Notes: a model not told the origin generated them from the sequence alone. A DNA stretch of 64,000 bases from Thermoplasmatota archaeon (GCA_041550515.1 JBFEOQ010000003.1:2537-66536); one strand, 5' to 3'. Positions 1 through 11,552 are shown, numbered from the stretch's first letter. Numbers and translations are program-made.

Positions 1-189
1 TGTCCATGGTGTCATAGACAATATGATTTTAAACAGATAAAAGCAGGTGAAACTGTAGCTACAAAACTAGAGATGCCTGTATTTTATTTAACACAATTAA
101 TTGGTCTTTCAATGGGAATTTCTTTTGATAAACTTGGTCTTGAATTAAACCTGAGCCCTGTTGATAAACTATCTTTTGGGGGCACATAG
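1..189 (+). CDS. 3' end of a CCG-domain Fe-S protein (HdrB-like heterodisulfide reductase subunit), 5'-truncated by the window edge
   Basis: Frame 1 is open from the left edge to TAG at 187-189. The translation CPWCHRQYDF...EMPVFYLTQLIGLSMGI looks like the terminal CxxC and the PV.Y.TQL.GL..G tail of HdrB/GlpC-type CCG domains. It ends 2 nt before hdrA. Confidence 0.55.
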   Translation, partial: CPWCHRQYDFKQIKAGETVATKLEMPVFYLTQLIGLSMGISFDKLGLELNLSPVDKLSFGGT

Positions 190-191
190 AT

Positions 192-2162
192 ATGGGTAAC
201 AAAATAGGTGTTTTTGTCTGTCATTGTGGTATTAACATTTCACAGACAGTTGATGTTAATAAATTAGTTGATTATGCAAAAAACCTTGATGGTGTTATTG
301 TAAGTAAAGATTACAAATATATGTGCTCTGATGTTGGAGCAAAACTGATTAAAGATTCAATAAAAAAATATAAACTTGATGGAGTAGTAATTGCTTGCTG
401 TAGCCCCCGTATGCATGAACATACTTTTCAAGGTGTTGTAGAAGATGGAGGAATTAACGCTTTTAATCTTGAAATTGCTAATATTCGTGAGCAATGTAGT
501 TGGGTACATAATGACAAACTGATGGCAACAGAAAAAGCAAAAATACTAGTTCGTGGAGCTGTTGCAAAAGCAAAACTACTAGAACCTCTAGAAAAATCCA
601 AAATTAATGTTATACCTGAAGCACTTGTTATAGGCGGAGGAATTGCAGGTATTCAATCAGCACTTGATCTTGCAGAGGAAGGTCATAAGGTATATCTTGT
701 TGAAAAGACCCCGACTCTTGGGGGACATATGGCTCAACTTGATAAAACTTTTCCAACCTTAGATTGCAGTGGATGTATTTTAACACCTAAAATGATGGAG
801 GCTGCAAATCATCATAATATCGAGCTTTTTACTTATTCTGAAGTTGTAAGTATTGAAGGAAGCATTGGTAATTATACTGTGAAGATAAAAAAGAAAGCTC
901 GTTTTGTAGATTTAGATAAATGTACGGGTTGTGGAGACTGTGTAGATGCTTGTCGTATGAAGGGCCATGTTTCTAGTGATTTTGATGAAAATATAGGTAA
1001 ACGTAGTGCAATTTATATACCATTTCCACAAGCAATTCCTTTGAAATGTACTGTTGATCCAAAGAATTGTCTAATGATTACTAAGGGTAAATGTGGAAAA
1101 GGTCCACTTTGTATTGAAGCTTGTAAAGCTAATGCTATTAATTTTAAACAAGAGGATCAAGAAATACAGATAAAAGTTGGAGCAATTGTTGTTACAACAG
1201 GCTATGATTTAATAAATCCTGAGTCTGTTTTTGAATTTGGTTATTCTAAATCACTTGATGTTGTAACTAGTCTTCAGATGGAGCGTCTAATAAATTCATC
1301 AGGACCTACAAAAGGTGAAATTATTAAACCATCTAATGGAGAAAAACCAAAAAGCATAACATATATTTTATGTGTTGGTAGTCGTGATGAAACAGAAAAG
1401 CCCTGGTGCTGTCGTATAGGCTGCATGAGCGCTCTAAAACAAATGTATCTTTTAAAAGAAAAACTGGGTGATGAAATTGAATTAAATATATGTTATATGG
1501 ATATTCGTAGTTTTGGTAAAGGATATGAAGAATTTTATCGAAAAATTCGTGGTTTTAATACAAACTTTTTCCGTGGAAGACCAAGTGAAGTCCGCCTTTT
1601 AGAAGATTACTTAAGCATTGATATTTTTGATACTACAACAAATAAACTTTTTGAAATAAAAACAGATTTGGTAGTATTGGTCCCAGCTCTTATTCCAAGA
1701 TCAGATTCAAACGAAATAGCAAATATTCTGCGTATATCTACAGGCTCTGATGGATTTCTACTAGAAGCACATCCAAAACTTAAACCTGTTGACACTTCAA
1801 CTAATGGTATCTTTATTGCAGGATGCTGTCAAGGACCAAAAGATATTCAAGATACAGTTGCTCAAGCAAGTGCTGCAGCAGCTCGAGCATCTAATATATT
1901 ATCTAAAAAAGAATTAGAAGCAGAACCACAAATTTCATTGGTAAACGAAGATTTTTGCTCTGGTTGTGGAACATGTATTTCAGTTTGTGCATATAATGCA
2001 ATAGAACTAGTTAAAGAAAAAGATGATAAATTACATGCAAAAGTAAATGAAGCTCTTTGTCTGGGCTGTGGCGCATGTGTTGTAGCATGTCCATCTGGTG
2101 CAATGCAACAACATAGTTATAAAGATAAACAAATTATACCTGCAATTGAGGAAACAATTTAA
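192..2162 (+). CDS. hdrA: Heterodisulfide reductase subunit A-like FAD/Fe-S flavoprotein
   Basis: 656 aa. N-terminal IGVFVCHCG motif and FAD fold VIGGGIAGIQSALDLAEEGHKVYLVEK..LGGHM..LDKTFPTLDCSGCILTPKM. Several CxxCxxCxxxC ferredoxin motifs, including two at the C-terminus. Confidence 0.9.
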   Translation: MGNKIGVFVCHCGINISQTVDVNKLVDYAKNLDGVIVSKDYKYMCSDVGAKLIKDSIKKYKLDGVVIACCSPRMHEHTFQGVVEDGGINAFNLEIANIREQCSWVHNDKLMATEKAKILVRGAVAKAKLLEPLEKSKINVIPEALVIGGGIAGIQSALDLAEEGHKVYLVEKTPTLGGHMAQLDKTFPTLDCSGCILTPKMMEAANHHNIELFTYSEVVSIEGSIGNYTVKIKKKARFVDLDKCTGCGDCVDACRMKGHVSSDFDENIGKRSAIYIPFPQAIPLKCTVDPKNCLMITKGKCGKGPLCIEACKANAINFKQEDQEIQIKVGAIVVTTGYDLINPESVFEFGYSKSLDVVTSLQMERLINSSGPTKGEIIKPSNGEKPKSITYILCVGSRDETEKPWCCRIGCMSALKQMYLLKEKLGDEIELNICYMDIRSFGKGYEEFYRKIRGFNTNFFRGRPSEVRLLEDYLSIDIFDTTTNKLFEIKTDLVVLVPALIPRSDSNEIANILRISTGSDGFLLEAHPKLKPVDTSTNGIFIAGCCQGPKDIQDTVAQASAAAARASNILSKKELEAEPQISLVNEDFCSGCGTCISVCAYNAIELVKEKDDKLHAKVNEALCLGCGACVVACPSGAMQQHSYKDKQIIPAIEETI

Positions 2163-2189
2163 ATCATTCTGTTTTATTTCTTTGAATAA

Positions 2190-3182
2190 ATGAATAATAT
2201 TGGGGCTCTACTTCCTGATTATATAAACATATTAAATCAGGAGAAATATGCAAAATATTTAATATCTAAAAATAGTCCTGCATTGTTTAATAAATCTGAG
2301 TTAACTAAAAATCTCTGGAGAATGCATAATGATCTTTTAAAAAAAATAAAACTGAGTGATTATGAACCAGAAATCTCTTTACTAGATCTTAAAATTGAAC
2401 TTGCAAGTCGTATTTTTAAAAAATGTAACTTATGTGAAAATAAATGTAATGTTGATAGAAACATAACTGAGGGAAAATGCGGGGTAAGACAATCAAAGAT
2501 TGCATCTGAATTTTTGCATATAGGTGAAGAAAGAATTTTTATTCCATCTCATACTATTTTTTTCTCAGGATGCACGTTTAATTGTGTTTTTTGTCAAAAC
2601 TGGGATATAAGTCAAAAGAAATGTGGTGTATATATTGAACCTTCAAAACTTGTAGATATTATCGGTTCTAGAAAAAAACAAGGTTCACAAAATGTGAATT
2701 GGGTTGGAGGTGAACCAACTCCAAATATCTATTATATTTTTAAAACTTTAAAAAAAATGAATATTAACCTTCCACAAATTTGGAATTCAAACATGTATTG
2801 TAGTCTGGATACTATGAACCTTTTAAATGGAGTTTTTGATGTGTATCTTACTGATTATAAATATGGAAATAATAAGTGTGCAAAAAAATTATCACAGATT
2901 AATAAATATTTTGAAATTGTATCACGTAACCATAAAATTGCATATGAAAATGGTGAGATAATTCTACGTCATCTTGTTATGCCTAATCATTTCAAATGCT
3001 GTTCAAAACCAATATTAGATTGGGTAATTAAAAACATACCTAACTGTGTTGTAAATATAATGGCACAATATAGACCAGAATATAAAGCATTTAAATTTAA
3101 AGATATTTCACGTTCTATTACAATAGATGAGTTCTATAAAGTTAAAAATTATGCAAATAAGATAGGAATTAATCAGTTTTAA
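2190..3182 (+). CDS. Radical SAM protein, PflX-like (pyruvate formate-lyase activase homolog family)
   Basis: GCTFNCVFCQNWD (CX3CX2C SAM cluster motif) preceded by a Cys-rich CNLCENKCNVDR...GKCGV segment typical of COG1313-type proteins. 330 aa. Confidence 0.8.
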   Translation: MNNIGALLPDYINILNQEKYAKYLISKNSPALFNKSELTKNLWRMHNDLLKKIKLSDYEPEISLLDLKIELASRIFKKCNLCENKCNVDRNITEGKCGVRQSKIASEFLHIGEERIFIPSHTIFFSGCTFNCVFCQNWDISQKKCGVYIEPSKLVDIIGSRKKQGSQNVNWVGGEPTPNIYYIFKTLKKMNINLPQIWNSNMYCSLDTMNLLNGVFDVYLTDYKYGNNKCAKKLSQINKYFEIVSRNHKIAYENGEIILRHLVMPNHFKCCSKPILDWVIKNIPNCVVNIMAQYRPEYKAFKFKDISRSITIDEFYKVKNYANKIGINQF

Positions 3183-3202
3183 AAAGAAATTACTAATTTA
3201 TC

Positions 3203-5101
3203 TTAAATTGTGTGGTTAAGTTTATTTATCCTATCACGTAGTTTTATTGCTTTTTCAAAATCAAGGTTATCTGCTGCATCTCTCATTTGTATTTCTAAAT
3301 CTATTATTATGTTCGGTATATCTTTTTTAGGTATATGTTTAACATCTTTTATATCAACTATTTTTTCTTTTATTGGTTTTATTATCGTTTCTGGAATAAT
3401 ATTATGTTTTTTATTAAACTTTAACTGTAGATTTCTTCTCCTTTTAGTTTCTTCCAAAGCATTCTGAATTGAATCTGTCATTTTATCTGCATATAATATT
3501 ACTTTAGAATTTACATTTCGTGCTGCACGACCAATAATTTGAATTAAACTTCTATGATCTCTTAAAAATCCTTCTTTATCAGCGTCAAGAATTCCAATTA
3601 ATCCTATTTCGGGTATATCTATACCTTCACGAAGTAAATTTATTCCAACAAGAACATCAAATACTCCAAGACGTAATTGTCTTATAATCTCTGAACGCTC
3701 AAGAGTATCTATCTCAGAATGCAAATAACGGGTTTTGATATTTTTCTCTGCAAGGTATTCAGATAATTCTTCAGCAAGACGTTTTGTAAGAGTCGTTACT
3801 AGGATTCTATTTCCTTGTTCTACTGTTTTATTAATCTCATTTATTAAATTATTTATTTGACCTTTAATAGGTCTTAATTCGCAGAGAGGATCAACTAAAC
3901 CTGTTGGTCTTATTATCTGTTCGACAATTTGATTTGAAATACTAAGTTCATAATCACCAGGGGTTGCAGATACAAAAACAACATTTCTCATATATTTTTT
4001 AAATTCATTAAAAGTAAGTGGTCTATTATCAAAAGCACTCGGAAGTCTGAAGCCATAATCAATTAATGATTTTTTTCTAGAGTAATCCCCTTGATGCATT
4101 CCATGAATCTGAGGAATTGTTCTATGACTTTCATCTATAAACATAAGAAAATCTTTTGGAAAATAATCAAGGAAACAAAATGGTTTTTCACCAGGTTTTC
4201 TTCCATCCATATGTCTTGAGTAGTTTTCTATACCCTTGCAAAAACCTGTTTCTTCTATCATTTCAAGATCATAAAGTGTACGCTGTTTTAATCTATGAGC
4301 TTCAAACATATCAAGCTGAGGTAATATCTCTTCGAGTTCTTGCTTAATTGACTCAATTGCTCGTCTTCTTTTTTTTTCACTGATCACAAAATGTTTTGCA
4401 GGATAGATATAGATATATTCAAATTCATCTTTTATCTCTCCTGTGATTTTATCTATTTCAGTAATTTTTTCAACTTCATCCTCATTGGTTTCAATACGTA
4501 TTATATCATCATAATAACTAGGAATTATATCAATTATTTCACCTTTTACTCTAAAACAACCTGATTTAAGATCTATATCATTTCGCTCGTATTGCATATC
4601 TATTAAATGATCTAATATTTCATTTCGTTCTACATTTGTTTTTTTTCTAATTTCATATCCAAGATTCCTATATTCAGATGGATCACCTACATTGTATATA
4701 CATGAAACTGATGCCACGACTATTGTATCTTTTCTATCAAGAATTGAGGCTGTTGCTGATAATCTCATTTGTTCAATTTTTGGATTTACATCAGCATCTT
4801 TTTCAATATATTGATCTTTTTCAGGAATATATGATTCTGGTTGATAATAATCATAATATGAAACAAAATATTCCACTCGATTTTCTGGAAAAAATTCTTT
4901 GAACTCTGAATAAAGTTGTGCTGCAAGGGTTTTGTTATGGGCAATAACAACTGTTGGTTTTTGAATTTGTTCTATAACATTTGCCATCGAGAAGGTTTTT
5001 CCCGATCCTGTTACACCTAATAGTGTTTGATTTTTCATTTTATTTTTAAATCCGTTAACAATTTTTTTTATTGCATCAGGTTGAGAACCCTTCGGTTTCA
5101 T
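3203..5101 (-). CDS. uvrB: Excinuclease ABC subunit B
   Basis: 632 aa. Walker A GVTGSGKT, helicase motifs and a C-terminal UVR domain (EFEKAIKLRDRI). Confidence 0.95.
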   Translation of the reverse strand: MKPKGSQPDAIKKIVNGFKNKMKNQTLLGVTGSGKTFSMANVIEQIQKPTVVIAHNKTLAAQLYSEFKEFFPENRVEYFVSYYDYYQPESYIPEKDQYIEKDADVNPKIEQMRLSATASILDRKDTIVVASVSCIYNVGDPSEYRNLGYEIRKKTNVERNEILDHLIDMQYERNDIDLKSGCFRVKGEIIDIIPSYYDDIIRIETNEDEVEKITEIDKITGEIKDEFEYIYIYPAKHFVISEKKRRRAIESIKQELEEILPQLDMFEAHRLKQRTLYDLEMIEETGFCKGIENYSRHMDGRKPGEKPFCFLDYFPKDFLMFIDESHRTIPQIHGMHQGDYSRKKSLIDYGFRLPSAFDNRPLTFNEFKKYMRNVVFVSATPGDYELSISNQIVEQIIRPTGLVDPLCELRPIKGQINNLINEINKTVEQGNRILVTTLTKRLAEELSEYLAEKNIKTRYLHSEIDTLERSEIIRQLRLGVFDVLVGINLLREGIDIPEIGLIGILDADKEGFLRDHRSLIQIIGRAARNVNSKVILYADKMTDSIQNALEETKRRRNLQLKFNKKHNIIPETIIKPIKEKIVDIKDVKHIPKKDIPNIIIDLEIQMRDAADNLDFEKAIKLRDRINKLNHTI

Positions 5102-5127
5102 ATCAGTTAATAGTTTGAATTTATCTG

Positions 5128-6678
5128 CTATTTTATCATCTCCTTTTTTCTCAGCAGTCTATTGTATTTTATTGCAAATCTATGTGCTTCATTTCTTATT
5201 TCTTGTATAAATCTTAATGCCTTGTCTTTTTTTGAAAGTCTAATTGGTGTCATATATCCAGGTATATATATTTCTTCAAAATGTTTTGCAATTGAAATTA
5301 TCGGAATCTTAATATTTAATTTTTCAAGTTCTGCTAGTGCAAAATTAAGTTGTGCACGACCTCCATCAATAATAATCAAGTTAGGCATTTCTATATATTC
5401 ATTTTTTAGACGGGTGTATCTTCTTTTTACAATTTCTGCTAGTGCTCTAGTATCATCGGTCTCGGTAACAGATCTTATTTTAAAACGACGATAATTGTTT
5501 TTATCAGGTTTACCATTTCTAAATTGCACCATTGAACCTACCATATTTGTACCTGATAAATGGCTTATATCAAAACACTCAATTACCGCTGGATTTTCCT
5601 GTAAGTGAATTCTTTCTTTAAGTGTTTTAACTTTATCAAGATCCGAAAAAAACATAATTTCGATATTTTTTAAAACAAGTAATAAAAGTTGATGTTTTTC
5701 ACCCTTAACAGGAATTGTAATTTTTACTTTGTAATTTTTTTTATCAGATAAAAAATGAAAAAGTGAGTTAGATATCGTTTGTGGGATAATAAGTTCTTTT
5801 GGAATAGGATTCTCTGAATAATATTGAATTAAAAATTCTTCAAAAAAATCAGAGTTATAATCAAATACAAACTCGTTTTTATTAGTCAGTGTTCCTTTAG
5901 ATATATTAAAAATCATAAGATAAACGATCTCATCTTTTATCATATAATTAATAATATCTTCATTGTATTTTTTTTCACGCTGCATTTTTTGATTTTTACT
6001 GAGATTCTTAAGAGCATTTATTTCCTCACGAATTCTTAATGCCTGCTCAAATTTGTTATTTTTTGAATAACTATTCATTTCTTTTTCAAGATTTTTAATT
6101 AGTTCTTGTGATTTACCAGATAACATCATTGTTACTTTCTTTATTTTTTTAAGATACTCTTTTTTAGAAATTTGACCTATGCATGGTGCATCACATAAGT
6201 TAATGTGATAACGTAAACAAGGTTTTTTTGGCATTTTTTTACATGTTTTAAGTAGAAATATTTTATTTAAAAAATGTAGTACATAATCCCGTTCATGTGC
6301 ACTAATAAAAGGTCCATAAAATTTACCTTTCCCTATTTTAGATCTATCAATAATAACCCGTGGATAATCTTCGTTTGTTAAAAGTAAATAAGTATGACTC
6401 TTTGCATCTTTTAATCTGATATTATATCTAGGTTGATGTTTTTTTATAAGCGTGTTCTCTAAAATTAATGATTCCACTTCATTGTCTGTTATTAAAAAAT
6501 CAACTTTTTTTATTTGAGGAATCATTACTTGTTTTTTTACATCTAAATCTTTTTTATTGTTATAAGCCCTAAGTCGGTTTTTTAAATTTTTTGCTTTTCC
6601 AACATAAATAATTCTATCTTTTTTATCTTTAAACAAATAGCAACCAGGATTTTTTGGTATGTTTTCTATGCTAAACAT
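5128..6678 (-). CDS. uvrC: Excinuclease ABC subunit C
   Basis: GIY-YIG N-terminus ([23 protein letters not shown]), UVR domain and a C-terminal RNase H-like/HhH region. I prefer the ATG at 6678 (MFSIENIP...) over the ORF-track start at 6741. It overlaps the uvrA 3' end by 13 nt. Confidence 0.9.
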   Translation of the reverse strand: MFSIENIPKNPGCYLFKDKKDRIIYVGKAKNLKNRLRAYNNKKDLDVKKQVMIPQIKKVDFLITDNEVESLILENTLIKKHQPRYNIRLKDAKSHTYLLLTNEDYPRVIIDRSKIGKGKFYGPFISAHERDYVLHFLNKIFLLKTCKKMPKKPCLRYHINLCDAPCIGQISKKEYLKKIKKVTMMLSGKSQELIKNLEKEMNSYSKNNKFEQALRIREEINALKNLSKNQKMQREKKYNEDIINYMIKDEIVYLMIFNISKGTLTNKNEFVFDYNSDFFEEFLIQYYSENPIPKELIIPQTISNSLFHFLSDKKNYKVKITIPVKGEKHQLLLLVLKNIEIMFFSDLDKVKTLKERIHLQENPAVIECFDISHLSGTNMVGSMVQFRNGKPDKNNYRRFKIRSVTETDDTRALAEIVKRRYTRLKNEYIEMPNLIIIDGGRAQLNFALAELEKLNIKIPIISIAKHFEEIYIPGYMTPIRLSKKDKALRFIQEIRNEAHRFAIKYNRLLRKKEMIK

Positions 6679-9494
6679 ATCTCTTTTTTTCCTCTTGATA
6701 AAACAGGTTTTAAAATCCGACCTGTAAAAGATTGTGCGCATTCTGAAACATCTTCAGGACTTCCATGTGCAACTATTTTCCCACCCAAATCACCACCTTC
6801 TGGTCCAATATCTATAATATAATCTGCTGATTTAATAACTTCAAGATTATGCTCTATTACAACAACAGTATTACCCTTATCAACAAGACTATTTAGAACA
6901 TCTATTAATTTCTTTACATCATGAAAATGTAAACCTGTAGTTGGTTCATCTAAAAGATATAATGTTTTTCCAGTACTTCTTTTTGCTAATTCTCTTGTTA
7001 ATTTGATTCTCTGCGCTTCTCCTCCGGATAATGTTGTTGAACTTTGTCCTAGTTTTATATAATTAAGACCTACTTTTGATAAAGTTTCTAGTTTTCTTTT
7101 AATACTTGGTATATTTAAAAATAGTACTAATGATTCCTCTACACTCATCTCTAGAACTTCTGCAATATTTTTATTTTTATAGGTTACTTCTAAAGTTTCT
7201 TTGTTATATCTTTTTCCTTTACATTCTTCACATTGTATATATATATCTGGTAGAAAATTCATTTCAATTTTTAACAATCCATCACCTTGACATGCCTCAC
7301 AGCGACCGCCTTTTACATTAAATGAAAACCTACCTGGTTTGTATCCCCTTTTTTTTGCTTCAATTGTTTTAGCAAATATTTTTCTAATTTCATCAAATAC
7401 TTTTGTATAGGTTGCAGGATTGCTTCGGGGAGTTTTTCCGATTGGACTTTGATCTATTATTATAACTTTGTCTATTAATTCATCAAATTTTATTTCATCG
7501 TGGTCTCCAGGAATTTCTTTTGAATTATGTAATTTTTTCATCATTCCTTTGTATAGGATTTCATAGATTAATGTTGATTTACCACTACCTGATAGACCAG
7601 TTATTAATGTAAGTAGACCTATTGGTATTTTAACATTTATATTTTTTAGATTATGTTGCCTACAACCATATATATTTATATAACTATTTGGATATCTTCT
7701 TTTTTCTGGTGTTTCTATATATAATTCCCCAGATAGATATTTACCAGTAAGAGAAGAAGGATGTTTTTCAATTTCTTGCGGAGTCCCTTGTGCTATAATT
7801 TTTCCACCATGTATTCCTGCACCAGGGCCCATATCAACAACATAATCAGCATTACGAATTGTTTCCTCGTCATGCTCAACTACAATTAAGGTATTTCCAA
7901 GATCTCTTAAACTACGAAGTGTATCAATTAATTTTTTATTATCACGTTGATGAAGCCCAATACTTGGTTCATCAAGAATATAAAGTACACCCATAAGATT
8001 TGAACCAATCTGTGTTGCAAGTCTAATTCTCTGAGCTTCTCCTCCAGATAATGTTCCTGAGCTACGAGAAAGAGTAATATAATTTAAACCAACTTTATCT
8101 AAGAAATCAAGACGTTCTTTTATTTCTTTTAATATCTGCCAAGCGATTTCTTCTTGTTTTTTTGAAAGAATCAGTGTCTTAAAAAACACAATACACTCTT
8201 TAATAGACATATCAGTAATGTCAGCTATAGATTTATTTGCAATTTTTACTGATAATATTTTTCTCTTCAAACGTTTACCATCACAAGAAGGACAAGGCGT
8301 AATTCGCATGAAACGTTCTAAATCTCTACGACGATGTTCAGATTCTGTTTGTTTGAATAACCTTTCTGATTGAGGAATGAGACCTTCCCAAGCCCCATGA
8401 CCAGACCATTGAGCATCACCACCTCTTGAAACCATATTGAATTTTATCTTTTCATTAGAACCATACATTAAAACATTGTATTGGTCTTCAGCTAAATCTT
8501 TGATAGGTGTAAAAATATCAAAACCAAAATGCTTGGCGACTGAACCAAGATATTTTATTCTCCAACCATCCATTACATTTCTATAAAGACTTATTGCACC
8601 ATCAGCAATACAAAGCTTTTTATCAGGAATTACTAGATCAGGATCAAAATCCATTCTTATACCTAGACCATGGCAGGTTTCACAAGCCCCAAAAGGACTA
8701 TTAAAAGAAAACATTCGAGGCTGAAGTTCCTCAAATATCATACCGCAAACAGGACAAGCCATTTTTGAAGAATAGACTTTCTCATTTTGTTTTTTATCAA
8801 CTACAAAAATAAGCCCATCTGATTTATTCAAAGCATTTTCACAAGCCTCAGCAAGCCTTGTTCTATCATTTGTTTTAATTCTGTCAATAACAATTTCAAT
8901 ATCGTGTTTCTTATATCTATCAAGTTTAATATTATCATCTGTACGGTATATTGCTTTGTCAACACGTACTCGAATATATCCTTCTTTGTTTAAATCTTTA
9001 AATAGTTGTTCATATGTTCCTTTTTTTTGTAAAATAATTGGAGCTAGTACTAGGACTGTATCTGAGAAATCATGACCTATTCTTTCAGTAATTTTTTGTG
9101 GACTTTGCGATAAAATTTTTCTATTGTGGTCTGGACAGTATGGCTCTCCAATCCTTGCAAAAAGTAAACGCAGATAGTCGTAGATTTCAGTAATAGTTCC
9201 AACAGTACTTCGTGGATTTTTACTAGTACTTTTTTGTTCAATTGAAATTGCGGGTGATAATCCTTCTATACTATCAACATCAGGTTTATTCATTAGACCT
9301 AAAAATTGTCTTGCATATGCTGAGAGTGACTCAACATATCTTCGTTGACCTTCTGCATAAATTGTGTCAAATGCAAGTGTAGATTTTCCACTACCTGAAA
9401 GTCCTGTAATTACAATGAATTTGTCTCTAGGGAGTTCTAGATTAATATTTTTTAAATTATGTTCCCTTGCTCCTTTTATTTTTATGTTTTTCAA
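6666..9494 (-). CDS. uvrA: Excinuclease ABC subunit A
   Basis: 942 aa. Two ABC ATPase modules (GLSGSGKST twice, LSGGEAQR twice) and zinc-finger CxxC pairs. Confidence 0.95.
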   Translation of the reverse strand: MKNIKIKGAREHNLKNINLELPRDKFIVITGLSGSGKSTLAFDTIYAEGQRRYVESLSAYARQFLGLMNKPDVDSIEGLSPAISIEQKSTSKNPRSTVGTITEIYDYLRLLFARIGEPYCPDHNRKILSQSPQKITERIGHDFSDTVLVLAPIILQKKGTYEQLFKDLNKEGYIRVRVDKAIYRTDDNIKLDRYKKHDIEIVIDRIKTNDRTRLAEACENALNKSDGLIFVVDKKQNEKVYSSKMACPVCGMIFEELQPRMFSFNSPFGACETCHGLGIRMDFDPDLVIPDKKLCIADGAISLYRNVMDGWRIKYLGSVAKHFGFDIFTPIKDLAEDQYNVLMYGSNEKIKFNMVSRGGDAQWSGHGAWEGLIPQSERLFKQTESEHRRRDLERFMRITPCPSCDGKRLKRKILSVKIANKSIADITDMSIKECIVFFKTLILSKKQEEIAWQILKEIKERLDFLDKVGLNYITLSRSSGTLSGGEAQRIRLATQIGSNLMGVLYILDEPSIGLHQRDNKKLIDTLRSLRDLGNTLIVVEHDEETIRNADYVVDMGPGAGIHGGKIIAQGTPQEIEKHPSSLTGKYLSGELYIETPEKRRYPNSYINIYGCRQHNLKNINVKIPIGLLTLITGLSGSGKSTLIYEILYKGMMKKLHNSKEIPGDHDEIKFDELIDKVIIIDQSPIGKTPRSNPATYTKVFDEIRKIFAKTIEAKKRGYKPGRFSFNVKGGRCEACQGDGLLKIEMNFLPDIYIQCEECKGKRYNKETLEVTYKNKNIAEVLEMSVEESLVLFLNIPSIKRKLETLSKVGLNYIKLGQSSTTLSGGEAQRIKLTRELAKRSTGKTLYLLDEPTTGLHFHDVKKLIDVLNSLVDKGNTVVVIEHNLEVIKSADYIIDIGPEGGDLGGKIVAHGSPEDVSECAQSFTGRILKPVLSRGKKEICLA

Positions 9495-9690
9495 TTTTTT
9501 CCCCCTAAGTATAAAATCGGCATTAATTAACTCTTGTTAATTCTTTCTATTGTTTTAGATTTTATTAATCTATTAAAAGAATGATATTCAAATCATTTAT
9601 TAATAAACTATTATATGGAGTATTAAAAGTACCAATATATTTATTGGTAAATACTTATATTTATTTAAATACTATTTTTGTCCCATATTT

Positions 9691-9728
9691 TACCATTTTT
9701 CTTCTTAAAATAAGTATAAAAAATGGTA
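9691..9728. repeat. Perfect 10-bp inverted repeat (TACCATTTTT / AAAAATGGTA) with an 18-nt loop, in the permease-uvrA intergenic region
   Basis: Read directly from the sequence: 9691-9700 pairs with 9719-9728. Possible terminator hairpin or operator. The AT-rich background lowers its significance. Confidence 0.3.
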
Positions 9729-9848
9729 CATGAGATCTCAGTATTAAAGTATCAGATAAACCGGATAATATATTCATTATATTTTTATGATATAATATAT
9801 TTATTTTAACTAGTTAATTAAAATATCTTTTGAATTAAATTAGGAGTT

Positions 9849-11012
9849 TTAGAAAAAAATATTAAAGATATATCCTAAAAAAATGATTTGAGGGACTGTA
9901 ATAATTGGTAACCATAATGCTGCTTTTTTTCCTATGTTGTGCCAAATTAATCCAATTTCAGTATAATCTGTTGCAACACCTGCCATCAAAAAGGTAAAAG
10001 AGTTTCCAAATGCTCCTGTTTTACTATAAATTTCAAATGCTAATGGGGAGCTTCCTTCAGAACATACTTCAATTATTGTAGCAAATATTAGTGTAACAAT
10101 TAAACCTATTAAACTAGGACCCATATATTCCATAAATAAATGTCCTGGAATGTATGCTCTGGCAAAAGCAGCCATTATCATTCCAATGATTAACCACCAC
10201 ATTACCATTTTTGTAAGAGCCCAGCTTCCTTTAAATGTTCCAAATAAAGCATCTTTAATATTTTTTAATGAGAATTGGAATTCTGTTAACCTTTTTTTAA
10301 TATCCTTTATAATTGAAAAATCTTCAAGTGTTGATTTATCCTCACCTTTTTCACAAAGCCTGCATTCAATTAATCCTTTTTTTTCAAATGCTTGGTAAAT
10401 TAATCCAGTTATTGTCGCGATGATTAATGCTGATATAATAATGAATAATGCTTTTAAACCAAAAAATCCCATGAGTAGTAAAGTTATTGGTAAATTTGCC
10501 CATGGTGATGCTAAAAGAAATGCAATTACTGATGATGTATTTGCTCCTTTTTTATAAAGTTCGATACTAATTGCAAGTATTCCATGTGAGCAAGCACTCA
10601 TCAGAAATCCGAATATAATAGAATAAATTATTGTACGCTTCCTATGTCTTGATAGATATTTTTCAATGTATTTTCTTGGAATAAAATAATCTATTATTCC
10701 ACCTATTAGAAATCCAATTAATATTGCCCACCAAATCAATACTAAATATTCAATAAATGCATTAAAAAAGTATCTATGTGGTTCAAAAATATAAGTAATT
10801 ATTAGTAGGACTATAGTTAATATTGTAAATATATATAATTTTTCCTTGTACCAAGGTGTTCCAGGTTTTATATTACAGCTTGGACAGTATGTTTTTTCTT
10901 TTGGAATGTTATGTTCTTGTTCATATTTTTTGATACAATGTTCACTGCAAAATAGATGTCCATGCGCGGGTATTGTGCCTTTCATTCCACATATTGGATC
11001 TATTTTGTCCAT
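9849..11012 (-). CDS. UPF0718/ArsP-type permease with N-terminal TRASH/YHS-like metal-binding zinc ribbon
   Basis: The N-terminus DPICGM..HGHLFCSEHCIKKY plus CPSC is followed by about 10 hydrophobic helices. An internal cytoplasmic loop carries CRLCEKG. Confidence 0.7.
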   Translation of the reverse strand: MDKIDPICGMKGTIPAHGHLFCSEHCIKKYEQEHNIPKEKTYCPSCNIKPGTPWYKEKLYIFTILTIVLLIITYIFEPHRYFFNAFIEYLVLIWWAILIGFLIGGIIDYFIPRKYIEKYLSRHRKRTIIYSIIFGFLMSACSHGILAISIELYKKGANTSSVIAFLLASPWANLPITLLLMGFFGLKALFIIISALIIATITGLIYQAFEKKGLIECRLCEKGEDKSTLEDFSIIKDIKKRLTEFQFSLKNIKDALFGTFKGSWALTKMVMWWLIIGMIMAAFARAYIPGHLFMEYMGPSLIGLIVTLIFATIIEVCSEGSSPLAFEIYSKTGAFGNSFTFLMAGVATDYTEIGLIWHNIGKKAALWLPIITVPQIIFLGYIFNIFF

Positions 11013-11345
11013 AATTGGATGAATAGTTAATACAAGATTAAATTAATAATTTTGGGTGTAATATTTTTTGTTTGATTGATGGGCATTAAAGTACTTTAAG
11101 TATATTTAATAGTATATATATTAAAAATTCTATTTAGATATATAAAAAGGTATACTAAGAATAATAAAATATATGGCCTAAAAAAAATAATAAATATTGA
11201 GATTATTAGTAAGTATGCTTAATATTATAAAACTATATAGATAGAATACTGGAAAAATTTGGAAAATACTAGAAGATCATGACCACTTAAAACAAATACA
11301 ATAATCAAGAATAAAGGTCTTACTCAACAAGATTCTTATGTTGCA

Positions 11346-11552
11346 GTGGGTTGGCTTGTGAAAGAAAATAAAGTGTGGTTCAGCGAAGATACATATGAAC
11401 TAAAACCAACTAATTATGATAATTACAAAAGGGATAATGAAGGGAAAATATATCGTATATTAAACACTTATAATGAGATAGATGCAGCATATATACCAAA
11501 GCTAGCTGTAGTAACAGAAAAGACACATTTTATTCTACAAGTTGATTTGTAA
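11346..11552 (+). CDS. Hypothetical small protein (GTG start), doubtful
   Basis: The only ORF in an 860-bp gap. Its composition is more protein-like than the flanks, but there is no ATG, no clear RBS and no recognisable motif. Confidence 0.25.
   Translation: MGWLVKENKVWFSEDTYELKPTNYDNYKRDNEGKIYRILNTYNEIDAAYIPKLAVVTEKTHFILQVDL

Noticed and set aside
6679-6741. N-terminal extensions implied by the longest-ORF coordinates. These are uvrC to 6741, purC to 25557, metG to 27628, the SDR to 43386, the dehydratase-like gene to 59759, the flavoprotein from 48529, aclB to 18142 and the MoaD-like gene to 61908.
   Set aside because: The extensions overlap upstream genes, start with non-ATG codons or encode non-conserved junk. 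Internal ATGs give canonical family N-termini and better RBS spacing.
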